In this document: positions 24,050-37,100 of the stretch, piece by piece
How positions within the stretch are numbered: position 1 is the stretch's first letter
How the letters are laid out: every line of letters begins with the position of its first letter
NCBI GenBank assembly: GCA_964016885.1
Contig: OZ024742.1
Span: 32,612,001 to 32,676,000 of the forward strand
Direction of reading: 5' to 3'
DNA from: Eledone cirrhosa
Lineage: Eukaryota
Length of the DNA stretch: 64,000 nucleotides
Position numbers and translations under genes: made by a program
Notes under the pieces: generated by a model
What the model was told of the DNA's origin: nothing
Database searches by the model: none
Seen by the model: the letters and a program-made list of their open reading frames with translations, nothing else

Positions 24050-26260
24050 CATATCGACAGTTACTGCTGACACCTCAAATGTCACACCAGAGCTGCTGTT
24101 GAATGTCAGAGGCCTCGTGACACTCACCAACATGAGTAAAATTTCCTACTTTAGAGAACTAACACCAAGCAGTCAAGCAATATGCATGGCACTAACTGAA
24201 ATATACCTGGCAACTAGAATAGCAGATGCAGAAATACACATAACAAAGTATGCTGTATTTCATACTCACAGGAGGGGCAGAACTCATGGTGGAGTTGCTT
24301 TGTACATCCGTGAAGATGTCACACCCATTGTACTGTTGACACATTCCAACTCAACGTACTGCTACTAGGAGACTTTAACCATCCCAAGGTCAAATGGCTT
24401 GAAAGCCACCACCTCTCAGGAGTGACAGCACTTGAACAGAAACTGACAGTCCCTGATTGACCTCACAAAGAAGAGTTGAGAATGTCATGGATCTCTGCTT
24501 TTCAAATAACATGGTGCTCATTCACAATGTAAAGATGACACCAATGATTTTCTTGAATCCAGGAAGAGATCCTGAAGTAAAAATGGAGTGACATTTCCAC
24601 ACAAGACATCAAAATGCAATTTCAACAATACAAACCATATACCGTAAGTTTGTTCTGGAAAAAAAAGGCAACTGACACAAACATTTTATTCTCAGAGACA
24701 GGAAAATCCTTATGAAACGAAGAACAAAGATCTCAAACCTGTTAAATACACAACAAGAACACGAAGGAACCCTATTTGAAACAGGCACTGTTTGAAATTG
24801 AAACTGCACTCAAACTTTCCCATGAAAAAGAGAGGGCAGATAGAGAAGTCAGGGCCATAGAAAATATAAAAACGAATCCTAAGGCTTTCATTAAATTTGC
24901 AAAAGAGACTACCTTGGTACACTGCAAGATTGGGCCACTTTTCCATAAAAATAGCTCACTGACTGAAGATCCTCAAGAGATAAGCGAAATACTGAATGAA
25001 CAGTACAAAAGTATTTTCATACCCCAATGAAGCACATGCAAATAACAAAGCCTGAGGAATTCTTTGATGCCACACCACTATACAGAGAAATGGCAACCAT
25101 CAACCAGATATATAATGGAGGAAGATGTAATATCAGCCATAGAAGAAATGAGACCTGATGGATTCCCAGCAATCCTAAAAAACATGCAAGTGTACATTAG
25201 CAAGACCACTGAATATCCTTCTCAGAAGTTTTCTGGCTAGCAGTAAACTACCCAGAGAGCTAAAGGAAGGCATAATATGCCCTATCCATAAAGGAGGAAG
25301 CACAGTAGAGGCTAAAAATTACAGGCCAGTCTCCCTGACCTCAAATATCAGTAAGGTTATGGAATGAATTATCAGAAAAAAACTTGATCATGTTCCTCAA
25401 GGAAAATAACTGCCTAACTAAAACTCAGCATGGCTTTCGTCTGGGAAGAAGCTGCCTTACACAGCTTTTGCAACACTACGGCTGGGTACTGAAACAACTG
25501 CTGGACAGCTCTCATGTGGACGTGATATATATTGACTTTGCAAAGGCCTTTGTCAAGGATGACCATGGAATATGCTACAAACTACACAGATTCAACATAA
25601 TTGGAAAATTAGGTGAGTGACTGCATGACTTCTTAAGACAGAATCCAGACTGTTGCAGCCAACGGGGCCCTCTTAAAGGAAACATCAATAACAAGCGGGG
25701 TGCCCCAGGGCACTGTCTTGGGACCACTACTCTTTCTGGTGGCTCTCTCAGACATGCCCTCTGTAGTACATAAAACATCCCTCACTAGCTATGCTGATGA
25801 CACAAAGGTAGCATAGGCAATCAAAAACCCGGCTGATGCTACTCTTTTACAAGATCTGGGTGCCATATACAAATGGGTTGAGGACAACAACATGCAATTT
25901 ACAGCTGGAAAATTTCAAGCCCTACGATATCAACCTGCAAACACAAGGACAGTACAACAAAGTTACGCGGACTCAGGAGGGATGGAAATGTGCAGACGAC
26001 TTGCCTGCAGGGTCTTGAGGACTTTTAAGGCATGAGAGAGAGAAACCATGTTGGTACAATGGAGGACATTTGTCCTAAGTCGATTGGATTATTGTTCCCA
26101 GCTGTGGTCACCCCCATAATGTCAAACTAACCATGGAGCTTGAAGCAATCCAATGAAGCTACAATGAAGAGATGAGTTACTGGGAGAGGCTAAAAGAATT
26201 AAAACTATACTCCTTGGAATGTGATATACATATGGAAGATCCTGGAAGGACTAGCACCAA
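24050..26260 (+). mobile_element. Decayed CR1/Jockey-like LINE (APE endonuclease + RT)
   Basis: LLNVRGL, ALTE, RGRTHGGVALY (APE); NYRPVSLTS, QHGFRLGRSCLTQL, DFAKAF, YADD (RT); many stops and deletions. Confidence 0.85.
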
Positions 26261-26279
26261 AATTAGTAGAATGTATTCT

Positions 26280-27016
26280 TTTAAAAAAAAGACCCTGCAC
26301 TGATAAGAAACGCATAGTTTGCAAATTAAGCCCACAAACTAACTGCAAAACTAGGAACGTAGTATATAGCATAAGATGTACTGGGGGACAGTGAAGGAAT
26401 AAGAACATAAATTTACATAGGTGAGACAGCCCGTAGCATAGGAGAAAGGATAAGTGAACACTGGCAAGGACTACAAGATGGGAAGAACTCATCAGAACTC
26501 CACCTGCCAAAATGGAACATAGGGGCACACTAGAGAACATAGAAATAAAAATTATATCCACACACAGAAAAGACGCAATGTTCCGACAAATTACAGAAGC
26601 GACAAACATAAACAAACTCCAACCAAAATTAAACAGAAAACATGAGTGGAATAGCAATATCACAACTAGTAATTAAGGACAAGATAAAGACATACAGAGA
26701 CACACAAGAACCAAACTAATAAAACAAAGCAGACACACACAGATAAAACAAACAACCAACTAGTCACAAGTAAATAAACATATAAATGGATAAATAAAAA
26801 CACACCTGGATATAATGCATGTGCAACCCAAATACACAGCACATAACACACAAAAACAAGATGGTAAAGGACAGAACAAAGGAGAGACACAAAATAACAT
26901 TAGTCACCAACAGTTGCATGTGTATTTTATTGGTAGCATGACCTTCCCAAAGTACAATATTTGTTTCAACACACATTTTCAGATAAGAAATCTTGCAAAA
27001 TGAATACAAAAATGAA
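26280..27016 (+). mobile_element. Decayed PLE 3' part (GIY-YIG + 3' UTR), relative of the 57-59 kb element
   Basis: Translates CTDKKRIVCKLSPQTNCKTRNVVYSIRC..YIGETARSIGERI; terminal repeat shared with 18190-18290; the hammerhead segment is deleted. Confidence 0.8.
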
Positions 27017-27022
27017 GTATAT

Positions 27023-27372
27023 ATGTCAAAGGCGATGACACAGGACTGTGACCTCTGGCGTCACGCAATAATACAGAAGACTCAACTTCCCATGGGTACA
27101 AGCCCACCCACTGTAAAGTGGTTGTGGAGGTATCACGACAAAAAAGCACCCAGCTCACACTGTAAAGTGGCTGTGTAAGCGCCACGGTAAAAAAGCACCT
27201 AGCACTCGCTGTAAATGAGGTTGGTGTTAGGAAGGGCATCCAGCTATAGAAATGAAGCCAAATCAGTTCCTGTATGAGCAAGACAAGGTCACCCAATCTG
27301 GCATTGTCCACAACAGGACAACCCGTCTAACCCATGCTAGCGTGGAAGAATGGATGTAAAACGGTGATGATA
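27023..27372 (+). mobile_element. RTE LINE 3' end
   Basis: MSKAMTQDCDLWRHAI and 3' UTR similar to 22800-23176. Confidence 0.8.
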
Positions 27373-27816
27373 TATATATATATAATGTATATGTATGCAT
27401 ATATATGTATATATATATATGTATGCATGTATATGTATATATGTATGCATGTATATGTTTTTATATATATGCCAGACCCATGCTAGTGTGGAAGATGGAC
27501 GTTAAACGATGATGTATATGTATATATATGTATGCATGTATATATATATGTATGCATGTATATATATATGTATGCATGTATATATATATGTATGCATGTC
27601 ATTTTCATTTCATCATTTCATTTTTACGTCCACTTTTCCCTGCTTGCAAGGGTGGGACGGGAACTGATTCTGGCTTGATTTCTACAGCTGGATGCCCTTC
27701 CTAACACCAACCTCATTTACAGTGAGTGCTGGGTGCTTTTTTGCCGTGGCACCTCCACGACCACTTTGCAGTGGAATGATATGGACCCCAGTCCCTATCA
27801 TCTCATTTCTACAGCT

Positions 27817-28157
27817 GTATATGTATATATATATGTATGTATGTATATGTATATATATGTATGTATATGTATATATATGTATGTATATGTATATATATGT
27901 ATGTATATGTATATATATGTATGTATATGTATATATATGTATGTATATGTATATATATGTATGTATATGTATATATATATGTATGTATATATATATGTAT
28001 GTATATGTATGTATATATATGTATGTATATGTATATATATGTATGTATATGTATATATGTATGTGTATGTATATGTATGTATATGTATATATGTATGTAT
28101 ATGTATATATGTATGTATATATATATATGTATGTATATATATATATGTATGTATATG

Positions 28158-28190
<33 letters not shown>

Positions 28191-28257
28191 GTATATGTAT
28201 ATATATATATATGTATGTATATATATATATATGTATGTATATATATATATATATATG

Positions 28258-28298
<41 letters not shown>

Positions 28299-28335
28299 AT
28301 ATATATATATGTATGTATATATATATATATATATG

Positions 28336-28374
<39 letters not shown>

Positions 28375-28401
28375 ATGTATATATATATATGTATGTATAT
28401 G

Positions 28402-28434
<33 letters not shown>

Positions 28435-28441
28435 GTATATG

Positions 28442-28474
<33 letters not shown>

Positions 28475-28545
28475 GTATATGTATATATATATATATGTAT
28501 GTATATATATATATATATATGTATGTATATATATATATATATATG

Positions 28546-28584
<39 letters not shown>

Positions 28585-28621
28585 ATATATATATATGTAT
28601 GTATATATATATATATATATG

Positions 28622-28660
<39 letters not shown>

Positions 28661-29890
28661 ATGTATATATATATATGTATGTATATGTATATATATATAT
28701 GTATGTATATGTATATATATATATGTATGTATATGTATATATATATATGTATGTATATGTATATATATATATGTATGTATATATATATATGTATGTATAT
28801 GTATATATATATATGTATGTATATATATATATGTATGTATATGTATATATATATATGTATGTATATGTATATATATATATGTATGTATATGTATATATAT
28901 ATATGTATGTATATGTATATATATATATGTATGTATATGTATATATATATATGTATGTATATGTATATATATATATGTATGTATATGTATATATATATAT
29001 GTATGTATATGTATATATATATATGTATGTATATGTATATATATATATGTATGTATATGTATATATATATATGTATGTATATGTATATATATATATGTAT
29101 GTATATGTATATATATATATGTATGTATATGTATATATATATATGTATGTATATGTATATATATATATGTATGTATATGTATATATATATATGTATGTAT
29201 ATGTATATATATATATGTATGTATATGTATATATATATATGTATGTATATGTATATATATATATGTATGTATATGTATATATATATATGTATGTATATGT
29301 ATATATATATATGTATGTATATGTATATATATATATGTATGTATATGTGTATGTATATGTATGTATGTATATATATATATGTATGTATATGTATATATAT
29401 ATATGTATATGTATATATATGTATGTATATGTATATATATGTATGTATATGTATATATATGTATGTATATGTATATATATATATGTATGTATATGTATAT
29501 ATATATATATGTATGTATATGTATATATATATATGTATGTATATGTATATATGTATATATATATATGTATGTATATGTATATATATATATGTATGTATAT
29601 GTATATATATATATGTATGTATATATATATATGTATGTATATGTATATATATATATGTATGTATATGTATATATATGTATGTATGTATATATATATATGT
29701 ATGTATATGTATATATATATATGTATGTATATGTATATATATATATGTATGTATATGTATATATATATATGTATGTATATGTATATATATATATGTATGT
29801 ATATGTATATATATATATGTATGTATATATATATGTATATATATATATGTATGTATATATGTATGTATATGTATATGTATATATATATGT

Positions 29891-29926
<36 letters not shown>

Positions 29927-30002
29927 GTATGTGTATATATGTATATGTATATATATGTATGTATATGTATATATATATATATGTATGTATATATATATAT
30001 GT
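27817..30002. repeat. (TATG/TA)n compound microsatellite with 22-bp higher-order unit
   Basis: Directly visible. Confidence 0.95.
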
Positions 30003-31397
30003 ATGAAAGTAATAGCGCAACTAATCAGAGAGAGAATTGACCTAGATGAAATGCAGTTCGGGTTTGTGTCAGGCAAAAGCACCACAGACGCTCTTTTCAT
30101 AGTACGACAACTACAGGAGAAGTACCTAGCTAAAGGTAAACCCCTCTACTTAGCTTTTGTCGACCTGGAGAAAGCCTTCGACAGAGTCCCCCGCTCCATT
30201 ATCTGGTGGGCTCTTAGAAAACTAGGCGTTGACGAATGGCTTGTGAGGGCTATACAAGCCATGTATAAAGAAACAGTCAGCAAGGTTAGAATTAACAACG
30301 AATATAGTGAAGAGTTTAGCGTAAAAGTTGGAGTCCATCAGGGCTCTGTTCTCAGCCCCCTACTATTTATTATTGCCCTTCAGGCTATAACAGAGGAGTT
30401 CAAGACAGGCTGCCCATGGGAACTCCTATACGCAGACGACCTGACACTCATAGCGGAATCAATGGCCGAGCTAGAGAAGAAATTCCAAACATGGAAGCAT
30501 GGCCTAGAGTCAAAAGGACTTAAAATTAACCTGGCTAAGACCAAAGTTCTAGTTTGTAGGAAAGAAAACAAGGCGGCGGTCCCTTCTGGGAAATGGTCGT
30601 GCTCGGTATGTAGGAAAGGCGTAGGTAGAAACTCCATCTTATGTCCTAAATGCAAAGTATGGGTGCATAAAAGATGTAGTGGGATCACAGGTAAGCTAAC
30701 TAAGAACATAGACTTTACATGTGGCCGGTGTTCTGGTGCAATAAGTAGCAGCAAGTGCCCACAAAATACTAGCTCTTTCAATTGCGCAGAGGGTTCTATA
30801 GAAATAGTGGACAGCTTCCGTTACCTGGGCGATAAAATCAGCAGTGGGGGAGGGTGCTCTGAAAGTACTGTAGCTAGAGTCAGAACTGGTTGGAAAAAGT
30901 TCAGAGAGCTTATACCACTATTAGCTGCTAAAGGGTTCTCCCTAAAAATGAAAGGCGGGTTGTACGATGCCTGCATACGAACAGCAATGTTGCATGGTAG
31001 TGAGACCTGGGCATTGTGTGCAGAGGATATACGCAGACTAGAGAGGAACGAAGCTTGCATGCTCCGCTGGATGTGTAACAGTAATATACGTGAACAGCAA
31101 AGCATAAACGAACTAAGGAAAAAATTAGAGATAAGAGGGATCAGATGTTGTTTACTCGAGAGAAGGCTGCGTTGGTATGGACACGTGATGCGCATGAAAG
31201 TCGATAGCTGTATTACAAAGTGCAGGGCAATAAAGATAGACGGTAGCCACGGAATAGGCAGACCTAGAAAAACATGGGATGAGCTGATAAACTCCGACCT
31301 CACACACTTACACCTCTCCAAGACAATGTCACTGGACCGAGACCTTTGGCGGTACTCAGTAACAGAGAAGACCCGCCTTGCCAGTAGGCATCTCTAA
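30003..31397 (+). CDS. RTE LINE ORF (5'-truncated RT with downstream Cys/His finger)
   Basis: [43 protein letters not shown]; uninterrupted frame; 3' UTR and (GAT)n tail to 31753. Confidence 0.92.
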   Translation: MKVIAQLIRERIDLDEMQFGFVSGKSTTDALFIVRQLQEKYLAKGKPLYLAFVDLEKAFDRVPRSIIWWALRKLGVDEWLVRAIQAMYKETVSKVRINNEYSEEFSVKVGVHQGSVLSPLLFIIALQAITEEFKTGCPWELLYADDLTLIAESMAELEKKFQTWKHGLESKGLKINLAKTKVLVCRKENKAAVPSGKWSCSVCRKGVGRNSILCPKCKVWVHKRCSGITGKLTKNIDFTCGRCSGAISSSKCPQNTSSFNCAEGSIEIVDSFRYLGDKISSGGGCSESTVARVRTGWKKFRELIPLLAAKGFSLKMKGGLYDACIRTAMLHGSETWALCAEDIRRLERNEACMLRWMCNSNIREQQSINELRKKLEIRGIRCCLLERRLRWYGHVMRMKVDSCITKCRAIKIDGSHGIGRPRKTWDELINSDLTHLHLSKTMSLDRDLWRYSVTEKTRLASRHL

Positions 31398-31895
31398 CAA
31401 AATACACCCCGTCCCGCCACCACCCCCACCCCATCCACACCACCCCGTTCTATGTAAAGTTATGTTGGTGCCGCGCCATCCAGGCCGAAACAAATGAGAT
31501 CGTGTAGGTGTCACGACAAAAAACACACAGTCCACGCTGTAATGTGGCCGTGTAGGCAACACGGTAAAAACCTCCCAGACCCACACTGTAAATGTGGTTG
31601 GTGTTAGGAAGGGCATCCAACTGTAGAAAACCTGCCAGACAGTCCTATGCGAGCAAGACAATCACTCTTGCCTCAAGTGGGACTACCCCCGTCCAAACCC
31701 ATGCAAGCGTGGAACACGGACGTTAAACGTTGATGATGATGATGATGATGATGTATATATATATATGTATGTATATGTATATATATATATGTATGTATAT
31801 GTATATATGTATGTATATATATGTATGTATGTATGTATATGTATGTATGTATGTATATGTATGTATGTATATGTATGTATGTATGTATATGTATG

Positions 31896-32066
<171 letters not shown>

Positions 32067-32175
32067 GTATGCATGTGTATGTATATATATGTATGCATGT
32101 ATATGTATATATATGTTATTAATTCTGGCAATATTATTACAATAATATGACCCTCCCCAAGTATAACAATATATG

Positions 32176-32222
<47 letters not shown>

Positions 32223-32357
32223 AAGTTGAATAATGGCCTTACTAGTCTTTAATAACATCTTATCTATACACAAACATATAAGGATGATATGTTTTATAAA
32301 ATTCAATTACATATATTTATATGATTTAAATAATGTTCTTATTTTTTTCTTACACAG

Positions 32358-32369
32358 GTTCTTAATAAG
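32358..32369 (+). CDS. UCHL3: UCH-L1/L3 exon 2, 12-nt microexon (VLNK)
   Basis: ttttttcttacacag/GTTCTTAATAAG/gtaagt; in phase with exon 1, giving WIPLESNPEVLNK. Vertebrate UCHL1/UCHL3 also have a 12-nt exon 2 (recalled knowledge). Confidence 0.8.
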
Positions 32370-32829
32370 GTAAGTCTGTTTAATTATTCTTGGTCTGTTT
32401 TGTGTCTGTGTGTCTTGTCTCTCATACTGCAACCATCTGATAGTCAGCTGTTTTATATTATTTTTTCTACTGTTTTTTTTTCTTTTCTTTTATTCATTGA
32501 TTTTGGATGAAAACATCTCATATGATCTTTCAGATGCATTATGTATATAACTGTTAAGATGGAAGCTAGATGGCTTTATTTATAGATTTGTCTGATTAGA
32601 GTTGATCTGGGGGTAACCTAGCAAGAAAGAAAATAAAGACATGGCTAACCCTAAACCTAACCCTTGCAAGCGGGGAAGAGCGGACGTAAAATGATGATAT
32701 AAAACTAAATAAATAAAAAACAAAAAAAAGCACATAAATGTGAAGAAACAAAGTTTACCTCTTATCCCCTATTAGTCTGTGAAATATATACACCAGGTCC
32801 GAATACAAAGGAACCAAACTCTTACTGTC

Positions 32830-33405
32830 TCTGTCTCTCCCGCTCAGCAAATGGGGGCCTGTGTGCTGGCCGCCCTGGGGCTCCGGCACACAGAATAGAG
32901 AAGGCGTTTGCTTGGAGGATTGTGAGGGAGATGCGCTGGAAGAGCCATTCCAGCTAGCGAGGCTCACACCTGCTAATAGCCAACTCTGTGCCAATGGTGG
33001 TGAGTAGGAAGGTGGTTCTAGGCCCAAGGACACCAGAAGTTACCACTGCTACGGGCTCAACCGCAAACCTGTTAGAGAGTGACTGATAAATGGATAGTTT
33101 ATCCTCCTTGGCCCGAAGTGCAACAGAGCCTGGATTAGTGGCAAAATGCTCCAGGTTGACACTGGAGGATGTGTTGCTGCATGTGACATCTCAGATGAGC
33201 GGTTTACCACTGTGGAGTGGGACCCGTTGGCTTGAGCTGGGAGGGGAAGACTGCAGCATCCAAGCCAGTCATGCTTGATCTCGTTAAGAGCAGCATCGCG
33301 AGGGAGGCAGCTGGCACTGTAGTGACAGGACAGCGGGTGGATGCCGAAAGAGTCTGCGGTGGACCTGCAGCGACATTTGTGCAGGCTGTCATTATCTAGC
33401 TGCAT
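32830..33405 (-). mobile_element. CRE-like LINE fragment (zinc knuckle + RLE)
   Basis: CRCRSTADSFGIHPLSCHYSASCLPRDAALNE (CCHC + RH-like motif); frameshifted continuation with WLFQRISL..GN-like end. Confidence 0.65.
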
Positions 33406-34167
33406 GCTAGTTGAAAAGGAGAAGGTTAGCTTTAAGGTTTCTTTGTTGCTTCGTGTGCATGTATATAAGGCTTATATAAGAGTAAGGTTCTTTCGTTGGC
33501 ACATATGTATATATACAAGTATGAGGGTTATAAAATTGTGTATAAGGTTAGGGTTCATTCGTCGCCTTGTGTATATACCACTTGTGGTTTTATTAGTGAG
33601 TCAGATGAAATGTATAGCAGTATTTCGTTATGACCCTCTCAGGTTTCAGAGGTTAATTTTGGCATTCATCCTTCTGGGGTCGGATGAAATAAAGAACCAG
33701 TTGTGTATTGGGGTTGATTTAAATCCCCCTAAAAGAAAATGAGGGCTTTGTGCCAGAATTAGAAACCATTATTATTGTCAAAACCAGGGCTAAACATTTT
33801 TTTCTCTTCTATTTTTAAAATTCTGAATCTCATATTCAAAATGTAGAAATTCAAAGAATGTTTTAATCATAGTAAAACAGGCATAATAAAAATGTTGAGT
33901 AATTTTTCACATTTTCAGACTAACTTACTTACAATTTTGTATGTGACATGTGTTTTATGTAATAAATCTATCATGTGTTTTATGTAATAAATCTATCATG
34001 TTTTATGTAAGCTTTATAATTTATCATTTTTGCTAAATTAGCGAGGAGGTAATATGCCCCCACTAACTTGAAATAGTGGCTAGCTTCAAGTCTTTCTCCC
34101 AGTCAAGTGACCTGACAGTCTACTGATATCTAGATTACTGTCTGTCTGACATGAAGAAGAATGTATC

Positions 34168-37100
34168 TATCATATAACTCTGGGTCTAGTGACATGTAGA
34201 CTGTATCATATAACTCTGGGTCTAGTGACATGTAGACTGTATCATATAACTCTGGGTCTAGTGACATATAGACTGTATAACTCTGGGTCTAGTGACATGT
34301 AGACTGTATAACTCTGGGTCTAGTGACATGTAGACTGTATCATATAACTCTGGGTCTAGTGACATGTAGACTGTATCATATAACTCTGGGTCTAGTGACA
34401 TATAGACTGTATAACTCTGGGTCTAGTGACATGTAGACTGTATAACTCTGGGTCTAGTGACATGTAGACTGTATCATATAACTCTGGGTCTAGTGACATG
34501 TAGACTGTATCATATAACTCTGGGTCTAGTGACATGTAGACTGTATCATATAACTCTGGGTCTAGTGACATGTAGACTGTATCATATAACTCTGGGTCTA
34601 GTGACATGTAGACTGTATCATATAACTCTGGGTCTAGTGACATGTAGACTGTATCATATAACTCTGGGTCTAGTGACATGTAGACTGTATAACTCTGGGT
34701 CTAGTGACATGTAGACTGTATCATATAACTCTGGGTCTAGTGACATGTAGACTGTATAACTCTGGGTCTAGTGACATGTAGACTGTATCATATAACTCTG
34801 GGTCTAGTGACATGTAGACTGTATCATATATAACTCTGGGTCTAGTGACATGTAGACTGTATCATATAACTCTGGGTCTAGTGACATGTAGACTGTATCA
34901 TATAACTCTGGGTCTAGTGACATGTAGACTGTATCATATAACTCTGGGTCTAGTGACATGTAGACTGTATCATATAACTCTGGGTCTAGTGACATGTAGA
35001 CTGTATCATATAACTCTGGGTCTAGTGACATGTAGACTGTATCATATAACTCTGGGTCTAGTGACATGTAGACTGTATAACTCTGGGTCTAGTGACATGT
35101 AGACTGTATAACTCTGGGTCTAGTGACATGTAGACTGTATAACTCTGGGTCTAGTGACATGTAGACTGTATAACTCTGGGTCTAGTGACATGTAGACTGT
35201 ATAACTCTGGGTCTAGTGACATGTAGACTGTATAACTCTGGGTCTAGTGACATGTAGACTGTATAACTCTGGGTCTAGTGACATGTAGACTGTATCATAT
35301 AACTCTGGGTCTAGTGACATGTAGACTGCATCATATAACTCTGGGTCTAGTGACATGTAGACTGTATCATATAACTCTGGGTCTAGTGACATGTAGACTG
35401 TATAACTCTGGGTCTAGTGACATGTAGACTGTATAACTCTGGGTCTAGTGACATGTAGACTGTATCATATATAACTCTGGGTCTAGTGACATGTAGACTG
35501 TATAACTCTGGGTCTAGTGACATGTAGACTGTATCATATAACTCTGGGTCTAGTGACATGTAGACTGTATAACTCTGGGTCTAGTGACATGTAGACTGTA
35601 TCATGTAACTCTGGGTCTAGTGACATGTAGACTGTATCATATAACTCTGGGTCTAGTGACATGTAGACTGTATAACTCTGGGTCTAGTGACATGTAGACT
35701 GTATCATATAACTCTGGGTCTAGTGACATGTAGACCGTATCATATATAACTCTGGGTCTAGTGACATGTAGACTGTATCATATAACTCTGGGTCTAGTGA
35801 CATGTAGACTGTATAACTCTGGGTCTAGTGACATGTAGACTGTATAACTCTGGGTCTAGTGACATGTAGACTGTATAACTCTGGGTCTAGTGACATGTAG
35901 ACTGTATCATATAACTCTGGGTCTAGTGACATGTAGACTGTAGAACTCTGGGTCTAGTGACATGTAGACTGTATCATATAACTCTGGGTCTAGTGACATG
36001 TAGACTGTATCATATATAACTCTGGGTCTAGTGACATGTAGACTGTATAACTCTGGGTCTAGTGACATGTAGACTGTATCATATAACTCTGGGTCTAGTG
36101 ACATGTAGACTGTATCATATAACACTGGGTCTAGTGACATGTAGACTGTATCATATAACTCTGGGTCTAGTGACATGTAGACTGTATCATATAACTCTGG
36201 GTCTAGTGACATGTAGACTGTATCATATAACTCTGGGTCTAGTGACATGTAGACTGTATCATATATAACTCTGGGTCTAGTGACATGTAGACTATATAAC
36301 TCTGGGTCTAGTGACATGTAGACTGTATAACTCTGGGTCTAGTGACATGTAGACTGTATCATATAACTCTGGGTCTAGTGACATGTAGACTGTATCATAT
36401 AACTCTGGGTCTAGTGACATGTAGACTGTATAACTCTGGGTCTAGTGACATGTAGACTGTATCATATAACTCTGGGTCTAGTGACATGTAGACTGTATAA
36501 CTCTGGGTCTAGTGACATGTAGACTGTATCATATAACACTGGGTCTAGTGACATGTAGACTGTATAACTCTGGGTCTAGTGACATGTAGACTGTATCATA
36601 TAACCCTGGGTCTAGTGACATGTAGACTATAACTCTGGGTCTAGTGACATGTAGACTGTATAACTCTGGGTCTAGTGACATGTAGACTGTATCATATAAC
36701 TCTGGGTCTAGTGACATGTAGACTGTATCATATAACTCTGGGTCTAGTGACATGTAGACTGTATCATATAACTCTGGGTCTAGTGACATGTAGACTGTAT
36801 AACTCTGGGTCTAGTGACATGTAGACTGTATCATATAACACTGGGTCTAGTGACATGTAGACTGTATAACTCTGGGTCTAGTGACATGTAGACTGTATCA
36901 TATAACTCTGGGTCTAGTGACATGTAGACTGTATAACCCTGGGTCTAGTGACATGTAGACTGTATAACTCTGGGTCTAGTGACATGTAGACTGTATAACT
37001 CTGGGTCTAGTGACATGTAGACTGTATCATATAACCCTGGGTCTAGTGACATGTAGACTGTATAACCCTGGGTCTAGTGACATGTAGACTGTATAACTCT

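Noticed and set aside
27837-31397. 1186-aa ORF as one gene
   Set aside because: The first ~720 codons are microsatellite fused by chance to a truncated RTE ORF starting at 30003. The same applies to the N-termini of 55253-56215 and 57659-59203.
32644-32663. Telomere-like CTAACC repeats
   Set aside because: Only about three imperfect units next to an RTE-type tail; insufficient.
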